Assembly: GCA_963662275.1 (NCBI GenBank)
Contig: OY759316.1
Location: 3,776,001 to 3,840,000, forward strand
DNA: 64,000 nt
DNA from: Candidatus Cloacimonadales bacterium
GTDB taxonomy: Bacteria > Cloacimonadota > Cloacimonadia > Cloacimonadales > DAONDQ01
Direction: 5' to 3'
This document shows, piece by piece, positions 31,720 through 42,138 of the stretch. A model generated the notes under the pieces. That model made no database searches and had not been told where the DNA came from. It saw only the letters and a program-made list of their open reading frames with translations. How positions within the stretch are numbered: the first letter of the stretch is position 1; each line of letters opens with the position of its first letter. Both the position numbers and the translations under genes were made by a program.

Positions 31720-33042
31720 ATGAAAAGTCCTGTTGAGTTAATTCTCGCAAAAAGAGATGGTAAAGTTATATCATCAAATGAAATAAAATCTTTCATCACG
31801 GACTATTTGTCAGGGAAGATTCCTGAATATCAGATGGGTGTTTTATTAATGGCAATATTCTTCCAAGGTATGGAACCGGAAGAAATTTATGCTTTAACTG
31901 ATGTGTATATTCATTCCGGGAAAACGATTCAGTTTCCGTTGGAAATGCATACTACAGATAAACACTCAACAGGTGGAATTGGTGATAAGATCAGTCTTAT
32001 GCTTGCACCCATAGTTGCTGCATGTGGAGTTCCGATCCCAATGATTTCAGGAAGAGGCTTGGGACATACCGGTGGTACACTGGATAAACTGGAAGCAATA
32101 CCTGGTTTTCGAACCAATTTTAGTGATGAAGAATTTATACAGATGGTACATGACGTCGGTTTCGCCATTATAAGCCAAAGCAGCGAACTTGTTCCCGCAG
32201 ATAAGCGTATTTATGCATTACGTGATGTAACAGGAACCGTGGAAAGTCTGCCATTAATCACAGCCAGTATCATGAGTAAAAAAATAGCGGAAGGTGCCCA
32301 GAACTTGGTCATAGATTTGAAGGTCGGTTCAGGCGCTTTTATGGATACTTTTGAAAAAGCCCAAGCACTGGCAAAAATGCTGGTAGCGACAGGAGAGAAA
32401 TTTGGGCAACGGGTTGCTGTTGTTTTTTCAAATATGAATTCTCCCATCGGTGAATATGCCGGAAATGCCCTGGAAGTACTTGAGACAGTCGAATATCTGC
32501 AAGGGAAGAAGATCCCTGATGTTGATATCATCACTCGTTCTTTAGCCGCTGAGATGCTGGTATTAGCAGGAAAAGTTGCAACTCGTGAGGAATCAGAAGC
32601 CATGATCGATGAAGTGCTTAAAAGTGGAAAAGCATTGGAATTATTCAGGAAATTCGTGGAAGCCCAGGGTGGTAATGGAGCTATTTGTGATGATACAACT
32701 CTATTACCGCAAGCTGCTCACCAAATTCCTATTATTTCACAGTCTGAAGGTTGGATTTCTGCAATAGATTGCCGAAAGATCGGTTATGCCTTAGTGGATA
32801 TTGGGGCTGGACGAAAAAAACTTGATGATGTGTTAGATTATAGTGCTGGTGCTTTTCTCCCTAAGAAGATCGGAGATATGCTTTCAATTGGTGAAAATAT
32901 GGGTACGGTTTATTGCTCAAATCTCATCCAGGGACAATCTGTGGTTGCACAAATTCTTGAGAGTTATTCAATTTCAGAAGTAGAAATTACTAAACCAGCA
33001 ATTATTCTTGAGCGATGGAATAGATGGATTAAAGAAAGCTAG
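31720..33042 (+). CDS. pdp: Pyrimidine-nucleoside / thymidine phosphorylase
   Basis: DKHSTGGIGDK, SGRGLGHTGGTLDKLE, SIMSKKIAEG. Confidence 0.93.
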   Translation: MKSPVELILAKRDGKVISSNEIKSFITDYLSGKIPEYQMGVLLMAIFFQGMEPEEIYALTDVYIHSGKTIQFPLEMHTTDKHSTGGIGDKISLMLAPIVAACGVPIPMISGRGLGHTGGTLDKLEAIPGFRTNFSDEEFIQMVHDVGFAIISQSSELVPADKRIYALRDVTGTVESLPLITASIMSKKIAEGAQNLVIDLKVGSGAFMDTFEKAQALAKMLVATGEKFGQRVAVVFSNMNSPIGEYAGNALEVLETVEYLQGKKIPDVDIITRSLAAEMLVLAGKVATREESEAMIDEVLKSGKALELFRKFVEAQGGNGAICDDTTLLPQAAHQIPIISQSEGWISAIDCRKIGYALVDIGAGRKKLDDVLDYSAGAFLPKKIGDMLSIGENMGTVYCSNLIQGQSVVAQILESYSISEVEITKPAIILERWNRWIKES

Positions 33043-33137
33043 ACTGAATACAATTCACATATCCGGTCACTTAACAGAGCAATAACGACCGATATTCTAT
33101 TCAGTTACGTACTATGTACCGTTGATTCCTAAAATTC

Positions 33138-33165
33138 TTGACAGGCTTGCTTGAGAAAATAATTT
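33138..33165 (+). promoter_or_regulatory. Putative sigma70 promoter of the rpmF-fab operon
   Basis: TTGACA-16 nt-TAATTT upstream of rpmF. Confidence 0.45.
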
Positions 33166-33229
33166 GTCTTATTAATTGAAAAATTCATACGTTGAATAAT
33201 AATGTTGATTACTAAAAAGGAAGGATAAA

Positions 33230-33409
33230 ATGGCAGTTCCAAAAAGAAGACAATCAAGCACTCGTGGTGCCAAAAGAAGAACGCATGATAAGCTTACGGC
33301 AACCAAGTGGGTCACATGCAGCAAATGCGGTGAAGCAGTTCTATCTCATCAATTGTGTGCAAAATGCGGTTATTACAATGGGAAACAGGTCATCGAAGTG
33401 AAGGCTTAA
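33230..33409 (+). CDS. rpmF: 50S ribosomal protein L32 (missed by ORF track)
   Basis: Translated by hand: MAVPKRRQSSTRGAKRRTHDKLTATKWVTCSKCGEAVLSHQLCAKCGYYNGKQVIEVKA; TAATG overlap with plsX. Confidence 0.96.
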   Translation: MAVPKRRQSSTRGAKRRTHDKLTATKWVTCSKCGEAVLSHQLCAKCGYYNGKQVIEVKA

Positions 33410-34413
33410 TGCGTATTGCATTAGACGCATTTGGTAGTGATCATGCACCGTATCCTGAAGTCGAGGGAGCGGTGCTGGCAATAAAGGAAGATGTTTGCGA
33501 TAAAATATTTCTAGTTGGCAAGCAGGATATCCTACAAAAAGAATTAAACAAGTATTATTATGATTCACAAAGAATCGAGATTGTGGATGCCTCAGAAGAA
33601 CGTATTTCCATGGATGAAAGTGCATCTTCAGCAGCTAGGTCTAAGCCCGATTCGTCACTAGTCAAAACAGTGAAACTAGTTAAGGATGGGTTAGCTGATG
33701 CCGCTGTGAGTGCGGGTAATACAGGAGCGATGATGGCAGCTTCCTTGTTTACTTACGGGCGTCTTGCCAATGTGTCCAGACCTGCCATTGCAGTTACATT
33801 TCCAACATTGAATAGTTACGTGATCATTCTTGATGTTGGTGCTAATGTGGACTGTGAAGCCATTCATTTAGAGCAATTTGCCGAACTGGGCAGTTTATAT
33901 TTTCATTTACTTTATGGAGGAGATAAGGCTCGTGTATCTCTTTTAAATATTGGAGAGGAAAGTCGGAAAGGAAATGAAATGGTTAAAGAAGCATATCTGA
34001 AAATGGAAAACAATCCGAATATCAATTTTATAGGTAATATAGAAGGAAAAGATGTCATGAAAGGCTCTACAGATGTGATCGTCTGTGATGGTTTTGTGGG
34101 AAATGTCATGCTTAAAACCCTTGAAGGAGCCGTAATATCGATTTTTGAAATATTGAAAGAACAATTTAAAAAAGATTGGATTGCGAAACTAGGTGCAATG
34201 CTTTCTTATCCTGTGTACGTACATTTGAAGAAAAAACTGGACCACACAGAATATGGTGGTGCACTATTAGTTGGATTGAATGGCATATCAGTCATTTCTC
34301 ACGGACGTTCCAATGCTAAGGCGATAAAAAATGCTGTCCGGTTTGCATCCAAGATATCACAATCAGGATACCTTGAACAAGCCATGAATGTTTTTGAAGG
34401 GAGAACTGCATAA
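33409..34413 (+). CDS. plsX: Phosphate acyltransferase PlsX
   Basis: MRIALDAFGSDHAP, SAGNTGA, DVGANVD, DGFVGN, SHGRS. Confidence 0.96.
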   Translation: MRIALDAFGSDHAPYPEVEGAVLAIKEDVCDKIFLVGKQDILQKELNKYYYDSQRIEIVDASEERISMDESASSAARSKPDSSLVKTVKLVKDGLADAAVSAGNTGAMMAASLFTYGRLANVSRPAIAVTFPTLNSYVIILDVGANVDCEAIHLEQFAELGSLYFHLLYGGDKARVSLLNIGEESRKGNEMVKEAYLKMENNPNINFIGNIEGKDVMKGSTDVIVCDGFVGNVMLKTLEGAVISIFEILKEQFKKDWIAKLGAMLSYPVYVHLKKKLDHTEYGGALLVGLNGISVISHGRSNAKAIKNAVRFASKISQSGYLEQAMNVFEGRTA

Positions 34414-35405
34414 TGCTCAAATACCATGCTAAAATCAATGGTTGGGGAAGTTATACTCCCAAAAGGATCGTTAATAACTTCGATTTGGAAAAGATTGTTG
34501 ATACAACAGATGAATGGATACGCACCCGTACCGGAATGTTTGAACGACATTATGTTGCAGCAGAAGAAGCTGCCAGTGATTTAGCTTATAATGCAGCAGT
34601 GAATGCTATTGAATCATCCCCTGTGAAGTACAAAGATATCAACCTGATAATCGTAGGTACAATATCCGGTGATCATGCATTTCCATCCACAGCCTGCATT
34701 CTACAGAAAAAACTTGGATTGAAAGGATTTGCAGCATTTGATGTATCTGCCGGTTGTACAGGTTTTGTGTATTCCATGGATATAGCACGTCAGTATATAG
34801 AAAATGGAATTGCCCAAAATGTACTTGTGGTAGGTGTTGATATTCTCACACGTATTACCAATTGGAAAGATCGAAACACTTGTGTATTATTTGGCGATGG
34901 CGCAGGGGCAGTGATTTTATCCAGGACAGAATCCACCGATATCTCACGTATCATTGATACAGATATCCAAGCAGATGGCTCCCAGGGTGAATTCCTGATC
35001 CAGCAAGCTGGTGGTTCACGTATGCCGGCAAGTGAAAAAACAGTAGCTGATAATCTTCATAATATCTATATGGAAGGGAATAAAATCTATAAACTAGCAA
35101 TCAAATCTATGCAATCTACGACCGAGACATTATTAAAAAGAAATAATCTGACAGTACGAGATATCGACTGGCTGATACCTCACCAAGCGAATCTTCGCAT
35201 TATCGAAGCTTTAGGTGAGAAGATGCGAATCCCGTTAGGGAAAGTAATTATCAATATTGAAAAATATGGAAACACCTCATCTGCGACTGTTCCGATAGCA
35301 TTAGACGAAGCAATTAGGAATAAGAAGATTCGTCGTGGTGATATTGTTCTGCTGACATCTTTTGGTGCTGGGCTTACGTGGGGCAGTATTCTGGTTAGAC
35401 TTTAG
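34413..35405 (+). CDS. fabH: 3-oxoacyl-ACP synthase III
   Basis: AGCTGF, LFGDGAGA, PHQAN, GNTSSA. Confidence 0.97.
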   Translation: MLKYHAKINGWGSYTPKRIVNNFDLEKIVDTTDEWIRTRTGMFERHYVAAEEAASDLAYNAAVNAIESSPVKYKDINLIIVGTISGDHAFPSTACILQKKLGLKGFAAFDVSAGCTGFVYSMDIARQYIENGIAQNVLVVGVDILTRITNWKDRNTCVLFGDGAGAVILSRTESTDISRIIDTDIQADGSQGEFLIQQAGGSRMPASEKTVADNLHNIYMEGNKIYKLAIKSMQSTTETLLKRNNLTVRDIDWLIPHQANLRIIEALGEKMRIPLGKVIINIEKYGNTSSATVPIALDEAIRNKKIRRGDIVLLTSFGAGLTWGSILVRL

Positions 35406-35425
35406 ATTTTTGTGAGGAATGAAGA

Positions 35426-36379
35426 ATGCAAAAAAGAAACGATCTAGCTTTTGTTTTTCCCGGGCAGGGAGCACAATATATAGGCATGGCAATGGATTTT
35501 GTAGATAAATATGCCGAAGTGAAACAGATACTATTGGATTTTGACAGAAAGCATAGTACCAATCTATATGAAATAATGAAAGATGGACCTGAAGAATTAC
35601 TGAAAGAAACGCGTTATACACAACCTGCAATACTATTTCATTCCATTGCAGCTTGGGAAGGTTTTCAACATCAAATTGAAATAGAGCCTGCTTTCGTAGC
35701 TGGACATTCATTAGGAGAATTCACTGCCCTCGTAGCGAATCGAGTTTTAACTCTTGAAGATGCCATGCATTTAGTTCATCGTCGTGGTGAATTCATGATT
35801 AAAGCGAATGAAGGAAACCCTTTTGCCATGGCTGCGATTATGGGATTGGAATCTGATGTAGTTCGTGAGATTTGTACGGAAGCACAATCTGCTGGAATCG
35901 TTGTTGCTGCTAATTTTAATACTCCAGTCCAGACCGTGATATCCGGTTCTCAAGCCGGGGTAGAACTGGCGTGTGAAATAGCAAAAGCAAAGGGTGCAAA
36001 ACGGGCATTACAACTCGTTGTCGGTGGTCCTTTTCATTCCCCCATGATTGCCAAGGCAGGGCAATGGCTGAAAGAAGAAATGGATCTGATCGATTTCAAG
36101 ACTGCCCAGATACCAGTTGTATCGAATGTGGATGCAAAACCGGTTACAGATCCTGCACAAATAAAAAATAATTTGACTCTTCAAGTTACACATTCCGTAC
36201 TCTGGGTTGATTGTGTTAAGACCATGCTGGCAACAGGAGTAACCACGTTTGTAGAGTTTGGACCACAGAAAGTTTTAAGCGGAATGATAAAAAATATAGA
36301 CAAAGCAGCGATAGTTCTGAATATCGATAAATTAGAAGATATACCTGCTGTTATTAAGGAAATAAAAAATGTCGGATAG
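35426..36379 (+). CDS. fabD: Malonyl-CoA:ACP transacylase
   Basis: FPGQGAQ, GHSLGE, PFHS. Confidence 0.97.
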   Translation: MQKRNDLAFVFPGQGAQYIGMAMDFVDKYAEVKQILLDFDRKHSTNLYEIMKDGPEELLKETRYTQPAILFHSIAAWEGFQHQIEIEPAFVAGHSLGEFTALVANRVLTLEDAMHLVHRRGEFMIKANEGNPFAMAAIMGLESDVVREICTEAQSAGIVVAANFNTPVQTVISGSQAGVELACEIAKAKGAKRALQLVVGGPFHSPMIAKAGQWLKEEMDLIDFKTAQIPVVSNVDAKPVTDPAQIKNNLTLQVTHSVLWVDCVKTMLATGVTTFVEFGPQKVLSGMIKNIDKAAIVLNIDKLEDIPAVIKEIKNVG

Positions 36380-37115
36380 AATGAAAGATAAGATTATTGT
36401 GATCACGGGTGCTGCTCGCGGAATTGGATATTCTTTAGCGGAAGTGTTTGGGCGAGAAGGTGGGAAAGTTATCATCCTGGATTTATTCCAAGAAGCCGTT
36501 GATAATGCTGTCTACCAATTGAAACAAAAAGGCTATTCTGCTGATGGTTATGCTGTAAATATTACCGATTCTCAAGTAGTGGAAACTGTCATAACCCAGA
36601 TTATCACCAATTATGAGCGCATTGATGTGTTGATAAATAATGCAGGGATAACCAAGGATAACCTGATACTTCGCATGAAGGAAGAAGAATGGGATGCTGT
36701 CATTAATGTGAATTTGAAAGGTGCATTTATTTGTACACAAAAGGTTAGCCGTTATATGTTAAAGCAAAAAAGCGGTTCGATCATCAATATGGCTTCAGTG
36801 ATTGGGGTCATGGGAAATGCGGGTCAGGCAAACTATGCTGCTTCCAAAGGTGGGTTGATTGCATTGACAAAATCCTGTGCAAAAGAATTTGGTTCGAGAC
36901 AGATTCGAGTGAACGCGGTTGCTCCAGGTTTTATTCAAACAGAAATGACGACACATCTTCCAGCAGATGTTGTTGCTAAATATGCCGAGGCAATTCCATT
37001 GAACAAAATGGGTACCCCGGAAGATGTTGCGAACGCATGTCTATTTTTAGCTTCTAAGGAAGCTGAATACATCACAGGCCAAACCATCCTTGTTGATGGT
37101 GGCTTATTCATGTAA
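36369..37115 (+). CDS. fabG: 3-oxoacyl-ACP reductase
   Basis: TGAARGIG, NNAGIT, YAASK; operon context. Confidence 0.96.
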   Translation: MSDRMKDKIIVITGAARGIGYSLAEVFGREGGKVIILDLFQEAVDNAVYQLKQKGYSADGYAVNITDSQVVETVITQIITNYERIDVLINNAGITKDNLILRMKEEEWDAVINVNLKGAFICTQKVSRYMLKQKSGSIINMASVIGVMGNAGQANYAASKGGLIALTKSCAKEFGSRQIRVNAVAPGFIQTEMTTHLPADVVAKYAEAIPLNKMGTPEDVANACLFLASKEAEYITGQTILVDGGLFM

Positions 37116-37131
37116 ATCATGAGGAGGAAAT

Positions 37132-37371
37132 ATGGAAGATATCACCAGTAAAGTGAAAAAAATCATCATGGAAGAGCTGAATGTAGATGAAGCTCAGATC
37201 ACCATGGAAGCAAACTTCATCGAAGATTTAGGTGCTGATTCACTGGATACCGTTGAATTGGTCATGAAGTTCGAGGAAGAATTCAAAATTACCATTCCGG
37301 ATGAGGATCAGGACAAACTCAGAACAGTCGGTCAAGCAATCGATTATCTGACTTCCAGATTATCCGAGTAA
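37132..37371 (+). CDS. acpP: Acyl carrier protein
   Basis: [13 protein letters not shown]. Confidence 0.98.
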   Translation: MEDITSKVKKIIMEELNVDEAQITMEANFIEDLGADSLDTVELVMKFEEEFKITIPDEDQDKLRTVGQAIDYLTSRLSE

Positions 37372-37414
37372 AACGATAGTATTGCTCAGTCTTAGGACTG
37401 AGCAATATCGTTTT
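37371..37414 (+). terminator. Intrinsic terminator after acpP
   Basis: TATTGCTCAGTC-TTAG-GACTGAGCAATA followed by T-rich tract. Confidence 0.75.
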
Positions 37415-37567
37415 GTTTATCATTGATGGCATGAGTCATCTAGATATATAAATCGTTAAATGCTGCCTATGAAATGGGATAGCAGATGATTCTCATTGTC
37501 CTATTTAGTTAAGTAACTAATCCAGGATTGGAAGAATGATTACAATTCCAAAGATATGAGGTAATTT

Positions 37568-38809
37568 ATGGCTAAAAGAAGAGTCGTCATCACAGGAATG
37601 GGTACAATTAATTCTGTAGGTAAGAACGTTGCTGAAACTTGGCAATCACTTCTTGCAGGCAAATCGGGTGTGGGATATATCACTCATTTTGATACAACAG
37701 ATATGCCATCAAAGATTGCTGCTGAGATTAAAAACTATGATCCATTAGATTATTTTGATCCAAAAAATGCCAAGAAGATGGATCTATATACTCACTTTGC
37801 AGTGATTGCAGCAGCAGAAGCAATTAAGGATACCGGTCTGGAAGATGGGAAATACGATAAAGAAAGAACTGGTGTAATATTAGGTGCCGGCATAGGTGGG
37901 ATTCTCACTTTTGAAGAAGAAGCTAACAAAATGTTCAATGGTGGACCTCGCAAAATCAGCCCTTTCTTTATACCAAAAATGATTTCTAACATTGCTTGTG
38001 CCCATATTGCTATTGATTATGGTTTTAAAGGTATTAATTTCAATATTGCCAGTGCTTGTGCCAGTGCAAATCATGCACTTGGAACAGCATTCCGTTCTAT
38101 CCAGTATGGAGATGCAGATATTATCGTTTCTGGCGGTTGTGAAGCAGCAATAACACCTATGGCTGTTGGTGGTTTTTGTGCCTTGAAAGCATTAAGCACA
38201 CATAACGAAGAACCCACCAAGGCAAGTCGTCCCTTCGATTTGATGCGAGATGGATTTGTTATGGGAGAAGGTGCCGCTATTCTTGTACTGGAGGAGCTTG
38301 AACATGCAAAGGCACGTGGTGCCAGGATTTATGCAGAAATAGTCGGATACGGAGCCACAGATGATGCATTCCATATCACCGCACCGGCTGATGGTGGAGA
38401 AGGAAGCGCTCGGGCAATTTTGATGGCTTTGAAAGATGCAGGTGTTCAACCGGGAGAAGTTGATTATATCAATGCTCATGGTACATCTACCCAAATGAAT
38501 GATAAGTATGAAACGATGTCGATTAAGTCAGTTTTTTGTGAGTATGCATATAAAGTGAAGATTAATTCAACGAAATCCATGGTAGGACATATGCTTGGAG
38601 CTGCTGCAGGAATTGAAGGACAAGCTTGTATTTTATCAATCAGGGATAACAAGATTCATCCTACAATTAATTTGGAACATTCAGATCCTGATTGTGATCT
38701 TGATTATGTTCCTAATCACGCTATTGATCATAACGTCAATATAGCATTAAGCAATTCACTTGGTTTCGGCGGACATAATTCTGCCATTGTCTTTAAAAAA
38801 TATGAATAA
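37568..38809 (+). CDS. fabF: 3-oxoacyl-ACP synthase II
   Basis: SACAS, INAHGTST, GHMLGAAA, SNSLGFGGHN. Confidence 0.97.
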   Translation: MAKRRVVITGMGTINSVGKNVAETWQSLLAGKSGVGYITHFDTTDMPSKIAAEIKNYDPLDYFDPKNAKKMDLYTHFAVIAAAEAIKDTGLEDGKYDKERTGVILGAGIGGILTFEEEANKMFNGGPRKISPFFIPKMISNIACAHIAIDYGFKGINFNIASACASANHALGTAFRSIQYGDADIIVSGGCEAAITPMAVGGFCALKALSTHNEEPTKASRPFDLMRDGFVMGEGAAILVLEELEHAKARGARIYAEIVGYGATDDAFHITAPADGGEGSARAILMALKDAGVQPGEVDYINAHGTSTQMNDKYETMSIKSVFCEYAYKVKINSTKSMVGHMLGAAAGIEGQACILSIRDNKIHPTINLEHSDPDCDLDYVPNHAIDHNVNIALSNSLGFGGHNSAIVFKKYE

Positions 38810-38814
38810 TTAAT

Positions 38815-38839
38815 AAAGGGCGGAGACGCCCTTTTTTTT
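38815..38839 (+). terminator. Terminator-like hairpin between fabF and rnc
   Basis: AAAGGGCG-GAGA-CGCCC followed by T8. Confidence 0.7.
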
Positions 38840-39622
38840 ATGGAAGCTAAATTGAAAAGAATCATCAAACTAATCACAGAGTATCTCAATGTACGTAAAC
38901 CAACGAAGTCTGATCCAGCTTGGAAGAAAAGACTTGAAAACCTGCAACGGAAAATTGGCATTACTTTCAAAAATGAGACCTTACTCCAAGGTGCTTTAAC
39001 TCATAATTCTTTTCTTCATCGCGGTGAAACAGAGATTGGATTTAATTCTCCTTTTGAAAGAATGGAATTTCTTGGGGATTCAATACTTGGACTAGTCATT
39101 GCTAAAGAATTATTTACGAAATTCCCTGAACAACAGGAAGGATTACTTTCTAAGATGAAATCGCAGATAGTGTCTGAAAAGTATTTGGCTTTAAAAGCAT
39201 TGGAATTGGAGTTAGGAGAATATATCAGAATGAGTCCTGAAGAAATTCGAAATGGAGGAAAAACTAGACCCTCCATTCTTTCTGATGCGATGGAAGCTCT
39301 TATTTGTGCCATTTATTTAGATGCTGGAATGGCGAAAACAACAACTTTCATTAAAAAAATAATTCTAACGAATTTTTCTCATATCATTAGCTTGGAAGCG
39401 CTTACTAATTTTAAAAGTATGCTGCAGGAGTATAGTCAATCACAATACCAAGTTCCACCGAACTATAAAGTTGTTTCAGAAGAGGGACCGGATCATGAAA
39501 AGCTGTTTCATGTTGATGTTTATGTGAATGGTCTTTTAACAGGGCATGGAAATGGATCCAGTAAAAAAGCAGCTCAACAGGATGCAGCAAAAAATGCCTG
39601 TCAACGACTAAAGTTATGCTGA
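38840..39622 (+). CDS. rnc: Ribonuclease III
   Basis: ERMEFLGD signature, DAMEAL, C-terminal dsRBD (GPDHEK, SKKAAQQ). Confidence 0.96.
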   Translation: MEAKLKRIIKLITEYLNVRKPTKSDPAWKKRLENLQRKIGITFKNETLLQGALTHNSFLHRGETEIGFNSPFERMEFLGDSILGLVIAKELFTKFPEQQEGLLSKMKSQIVSEKYLALKALELELGEYIRMSPEEIRNGGKTRPSILSDAMEALICAIYLDAGMAKTTTFIKKIILTNFSHIISLEALTNFKSMLQEYSQSQYQVPPNYKVVSEEGPDHEKLFHVDVYVNGLLTGHGNGSSKKAAQQDAAKNACQRLKLC

Positions 39623-40599
39623 TCTTTCCTCTATTCATTCCCCATAGAGGTTGTCCCCAAACCTGTATATATTGTGACCAATATCAAATATCAGGGGTAG
39701 TAAATCCGGATTGGGACTTTCTACTATTACAATTAAAAAGATTTTGTCATCTGCATTTTCAAGAAGAAAAGGAAATTGCTCTTTACGGGGGTAGTTTCAC
39801 ATGTTTGCCTTTACTTCAACAAGCTGAATTATACGATAAGATCTTGCCTTTTCTTGATGATAATACACATCTCAGGTATTCTACTCGTCCCGATGGTATA
39901 TCACCTGCTATTTTAAGAGAAAGCTTCTTTCGTGGCGTAAGAACAATTGAACTTGGAGTACAGGATTTCAATGATCATGTCTTAGAAATGACGCATCGGG
40001 GATACCATAGAGAGCAGGCTTTATCTGCATGCAAAATGGTAAAATCATTCGGTCTGAAATTATCGGTGCAACTAATGCCCGGATTACCAGGATATGATTC
40101 ATCTGTTCTATCAAGTATGATCGAAGATACTATTTCTGTTCATCCTGATTATGTTAGAATCTATCCGACTATAGTGATTGCAGGTACACCATTAGAAGTC
40201 ATGTATCACAATGGAGAATACACACCTCTGACATTAAACAATGCTCTCAATGATACATCTCTGATGATTGATCGGTTTGAAGCAGTTGGAATCAAAGTGA
40301 TTAAAATTGGTTTAACTGGAGTTCAAGAATCGAATGTTATCGCTGGTCCATTTCATCATTCTTTTGGTGAACTAGTACGGTCAGAATCATATATAAAAAA
40401 GATTCTTTCACGATTTGAACCACAGTTGGTTCTAAGCATCAGTAAAATGGATATGTCTTTATTATTAGGTCATAAAAAAGAATATTTGACAAGAATCAAG
40501 CATCATTTTAATCTATCTAGTATAAAAATTAAATTATCTGAATCTCTTAAAAAAGGTGAATTTCAGTGTCTTGAAACTGATGAATTCTTAATTTGGTGA
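39616..40599 (+). CDS. Radical SAM protein (Elp3/YhcC-like)
   Basis: FIPHRGCPQTCIYC, YGGSFT, STRPD, IELGVQ. Confidence 0.85.
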   Translation: MLIFPLFIPHRGCPQTCIYCDQYQISGVVNPDWDFLLLQLKRFCHLHFQEEKEIALYGGSFTCLPLLQQAELYDKILPFLDDNTHLRYSTRPDGISPAILRESFFRGVRTIELGVQDFNDHVLEMTHRGYHREQALSACKMVKSFGLKLSVQLMPGLPGYDSSVLSSMIEDTISVHPDYVRIYPTIVIAGTPLEVMYHNGEYTPLTLNNALNDTSLMIDRFEAVGIKVIKIGLTGVQESNVIAGPFHHSFGELVRSESYIKKILSRFEPQLVLSISKMDMSLLLGHKKEYLTRIKHHFNLSSIKIKLSESLKKGEFQCLETDEFLIW

Positions 40600-40623
40600 A
40601 TTAACTTTATCAAGGAACATTCT

Positions 40624-42138
40624 ATGAAATTGTTTGGATATTTTGTTGTAGGCACAGTTTTGCTGTTATCAATGGTTGGTTGTACATTAAAAAATCCTGA
40701 GATGCCGACTTGGGATATCAATGTAGACCTTCCTTTAATGAACGAATACATGTATGTATCTGATCTTGTGGATTCTGTACATTTCTTTCAAGATGAGAAC
40801 CATGATGTATATTTTTCTTCAAATGGAAACATCGACAGTTTTGATTTAGACAGCTTAGAGATTAAACCCAGTTCTGATGTAGAGATCCCATTGTTTTCCA
40901 CGATTACAGCTACTGGAGCTATGTCTTTAGCATCCATGGTTACTACGAATCAAGTTAAGGTAGCGTATGGTAGAATTCAAAGTGGTTCATTGCAAATCGA
41001 TCCAGTAGGCTTTGATCCACAATTAAACTGGGCAAAAATCAGATTTGATGAATTTTACATAAATAACGAAAATCTGGTAATTACTATTCCCAACAACTCC
41101 TCTCACATTGATTATCCTTTAGCAGGAATCACAATCGGTACGATTGATAATACTACTATCATTGATAGTCTTCATTACACGGTAACGAACTCTTCTTCTT
41201 ATACGTTTCCATTTCATATTGGTGACATAAATATGTCTTTGCATCATATTCTCTCTTTCAATTCTTTCAAGGGGAAAATGGATAATTATACATTACCTGT
41301 AGAAACTTCAACCACAGAAATTGATATTGAATATCCAATGGGCATTGAAAATGCAATCCAGATCAATGATGCAAAACTGCTGCTGACGCTTGATAATGAA
41401 ATTGGCTTTGATTGTAAACTATATGGAAAGCTGTATGCGTATAATGAGACAACAGGCGATAGTGCTTACATTGATATCCTGGATGCTAGCGGACATCCTT
41501 TTGTTCTGCAGGCAGCATATTCAGTAACAAGTCCTAGACCAAGTACATTTTCTCTTGGCAGAGAGAATGGTTTAAATCAATTAACCAATATTATTCCTAC
41601 TCGATTCACCATAAAAGAAGCATCTTTTGTGATGAATAGTGTTGGCACTTCTTTTGGTTTTGCTAATGTTGGACAAAAGGTATCCGGTACTTATATTGAA
41701 GATGTGCCATTTGATTTTACCTTATTTAGTTATATGATTACCCCTCAACGGCTTGATTCTCTTGAGATTACTTCGGAGAACCGAGACTATATCAGGAAGA
41801 ATGTTAATAGTGCAAATCTCATCTTGAGAGTCAAGAATCAGTTACCTATTGGTGCGGGTGTGGCAATCTATTTCAGTACATCATCTGATGTTTTCCAGGA
41901 TTCAATGCTGGTAAGAAGAAAGACGATCAATAGTGGTGGTTATGACAGTGCTTTCCAGGAGATAAATTTTGAACTTTCTCATGATGAAATACAGCTATTC
42001 GATAATCCAATGATCTATTTTCGGACAAGAATTTACATAAAAGAGACAGATGGTCCAGTGACAATTCACGGTTCTTCCTCAGATTATATACAGATTCGTG
42101 GCAGAATACAAATGAACGCCAGGGTGGAGGGAAAATGA
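40624..42138 (+). CDS. Putative lipoprotein
   Basis: Lipobox MVGC followed by PTWD; beta-rich. Confidence 0.65.
   Translation: MKLFGYFVVGTVLLLSMVGCTLKNPEMPTWDINVDLPLMNEYMYVSDLVDSVHFFQDENHDVYFSSNGNIDSFDLDSLEIKPSSDVEIPLFSTITATGAMSLASMVTTNQVKVAYGRIQSGSLQIDPVGFDPQLNWAKIRFDEFYINNENLVITIPNNSSHIDYPLAGITIGTIDNTTIIDSLHYTVTNSSSYTFPFHIGDINMSLHHILSFNSFKGKMDNYTLPVETSTTEIDIEYPMGIENAIQINDAKLLLTLDNEIGFDCKLYGKLYAYNETTGDSAYIDILDASGHPFVLQAAYSVTSPRPSTFSLGRENGLNQLTNIIPTRFTIKEASFVMNSVGTSFGFANVGQKVSGTYIEDVPFDFTLFSYMITPQRLDSLEITSENRDYIRKNVNSANLILRVKNQLPIGAGVAIYFSTSSDVFQDSMLVRRKTINSGGYDSAFQEINFELSHDEIQLFDNPMIYFRTRIYIKETDGPVTIHGSSSDYIQIRGRIQMNARVEGK

Noticed and set aside
33355..33408. Extended plsX N-terminus from the ORF track
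   Set aside because: Overlaps rpmF; the ATG at 33409 gives the canonical MRIALD start.
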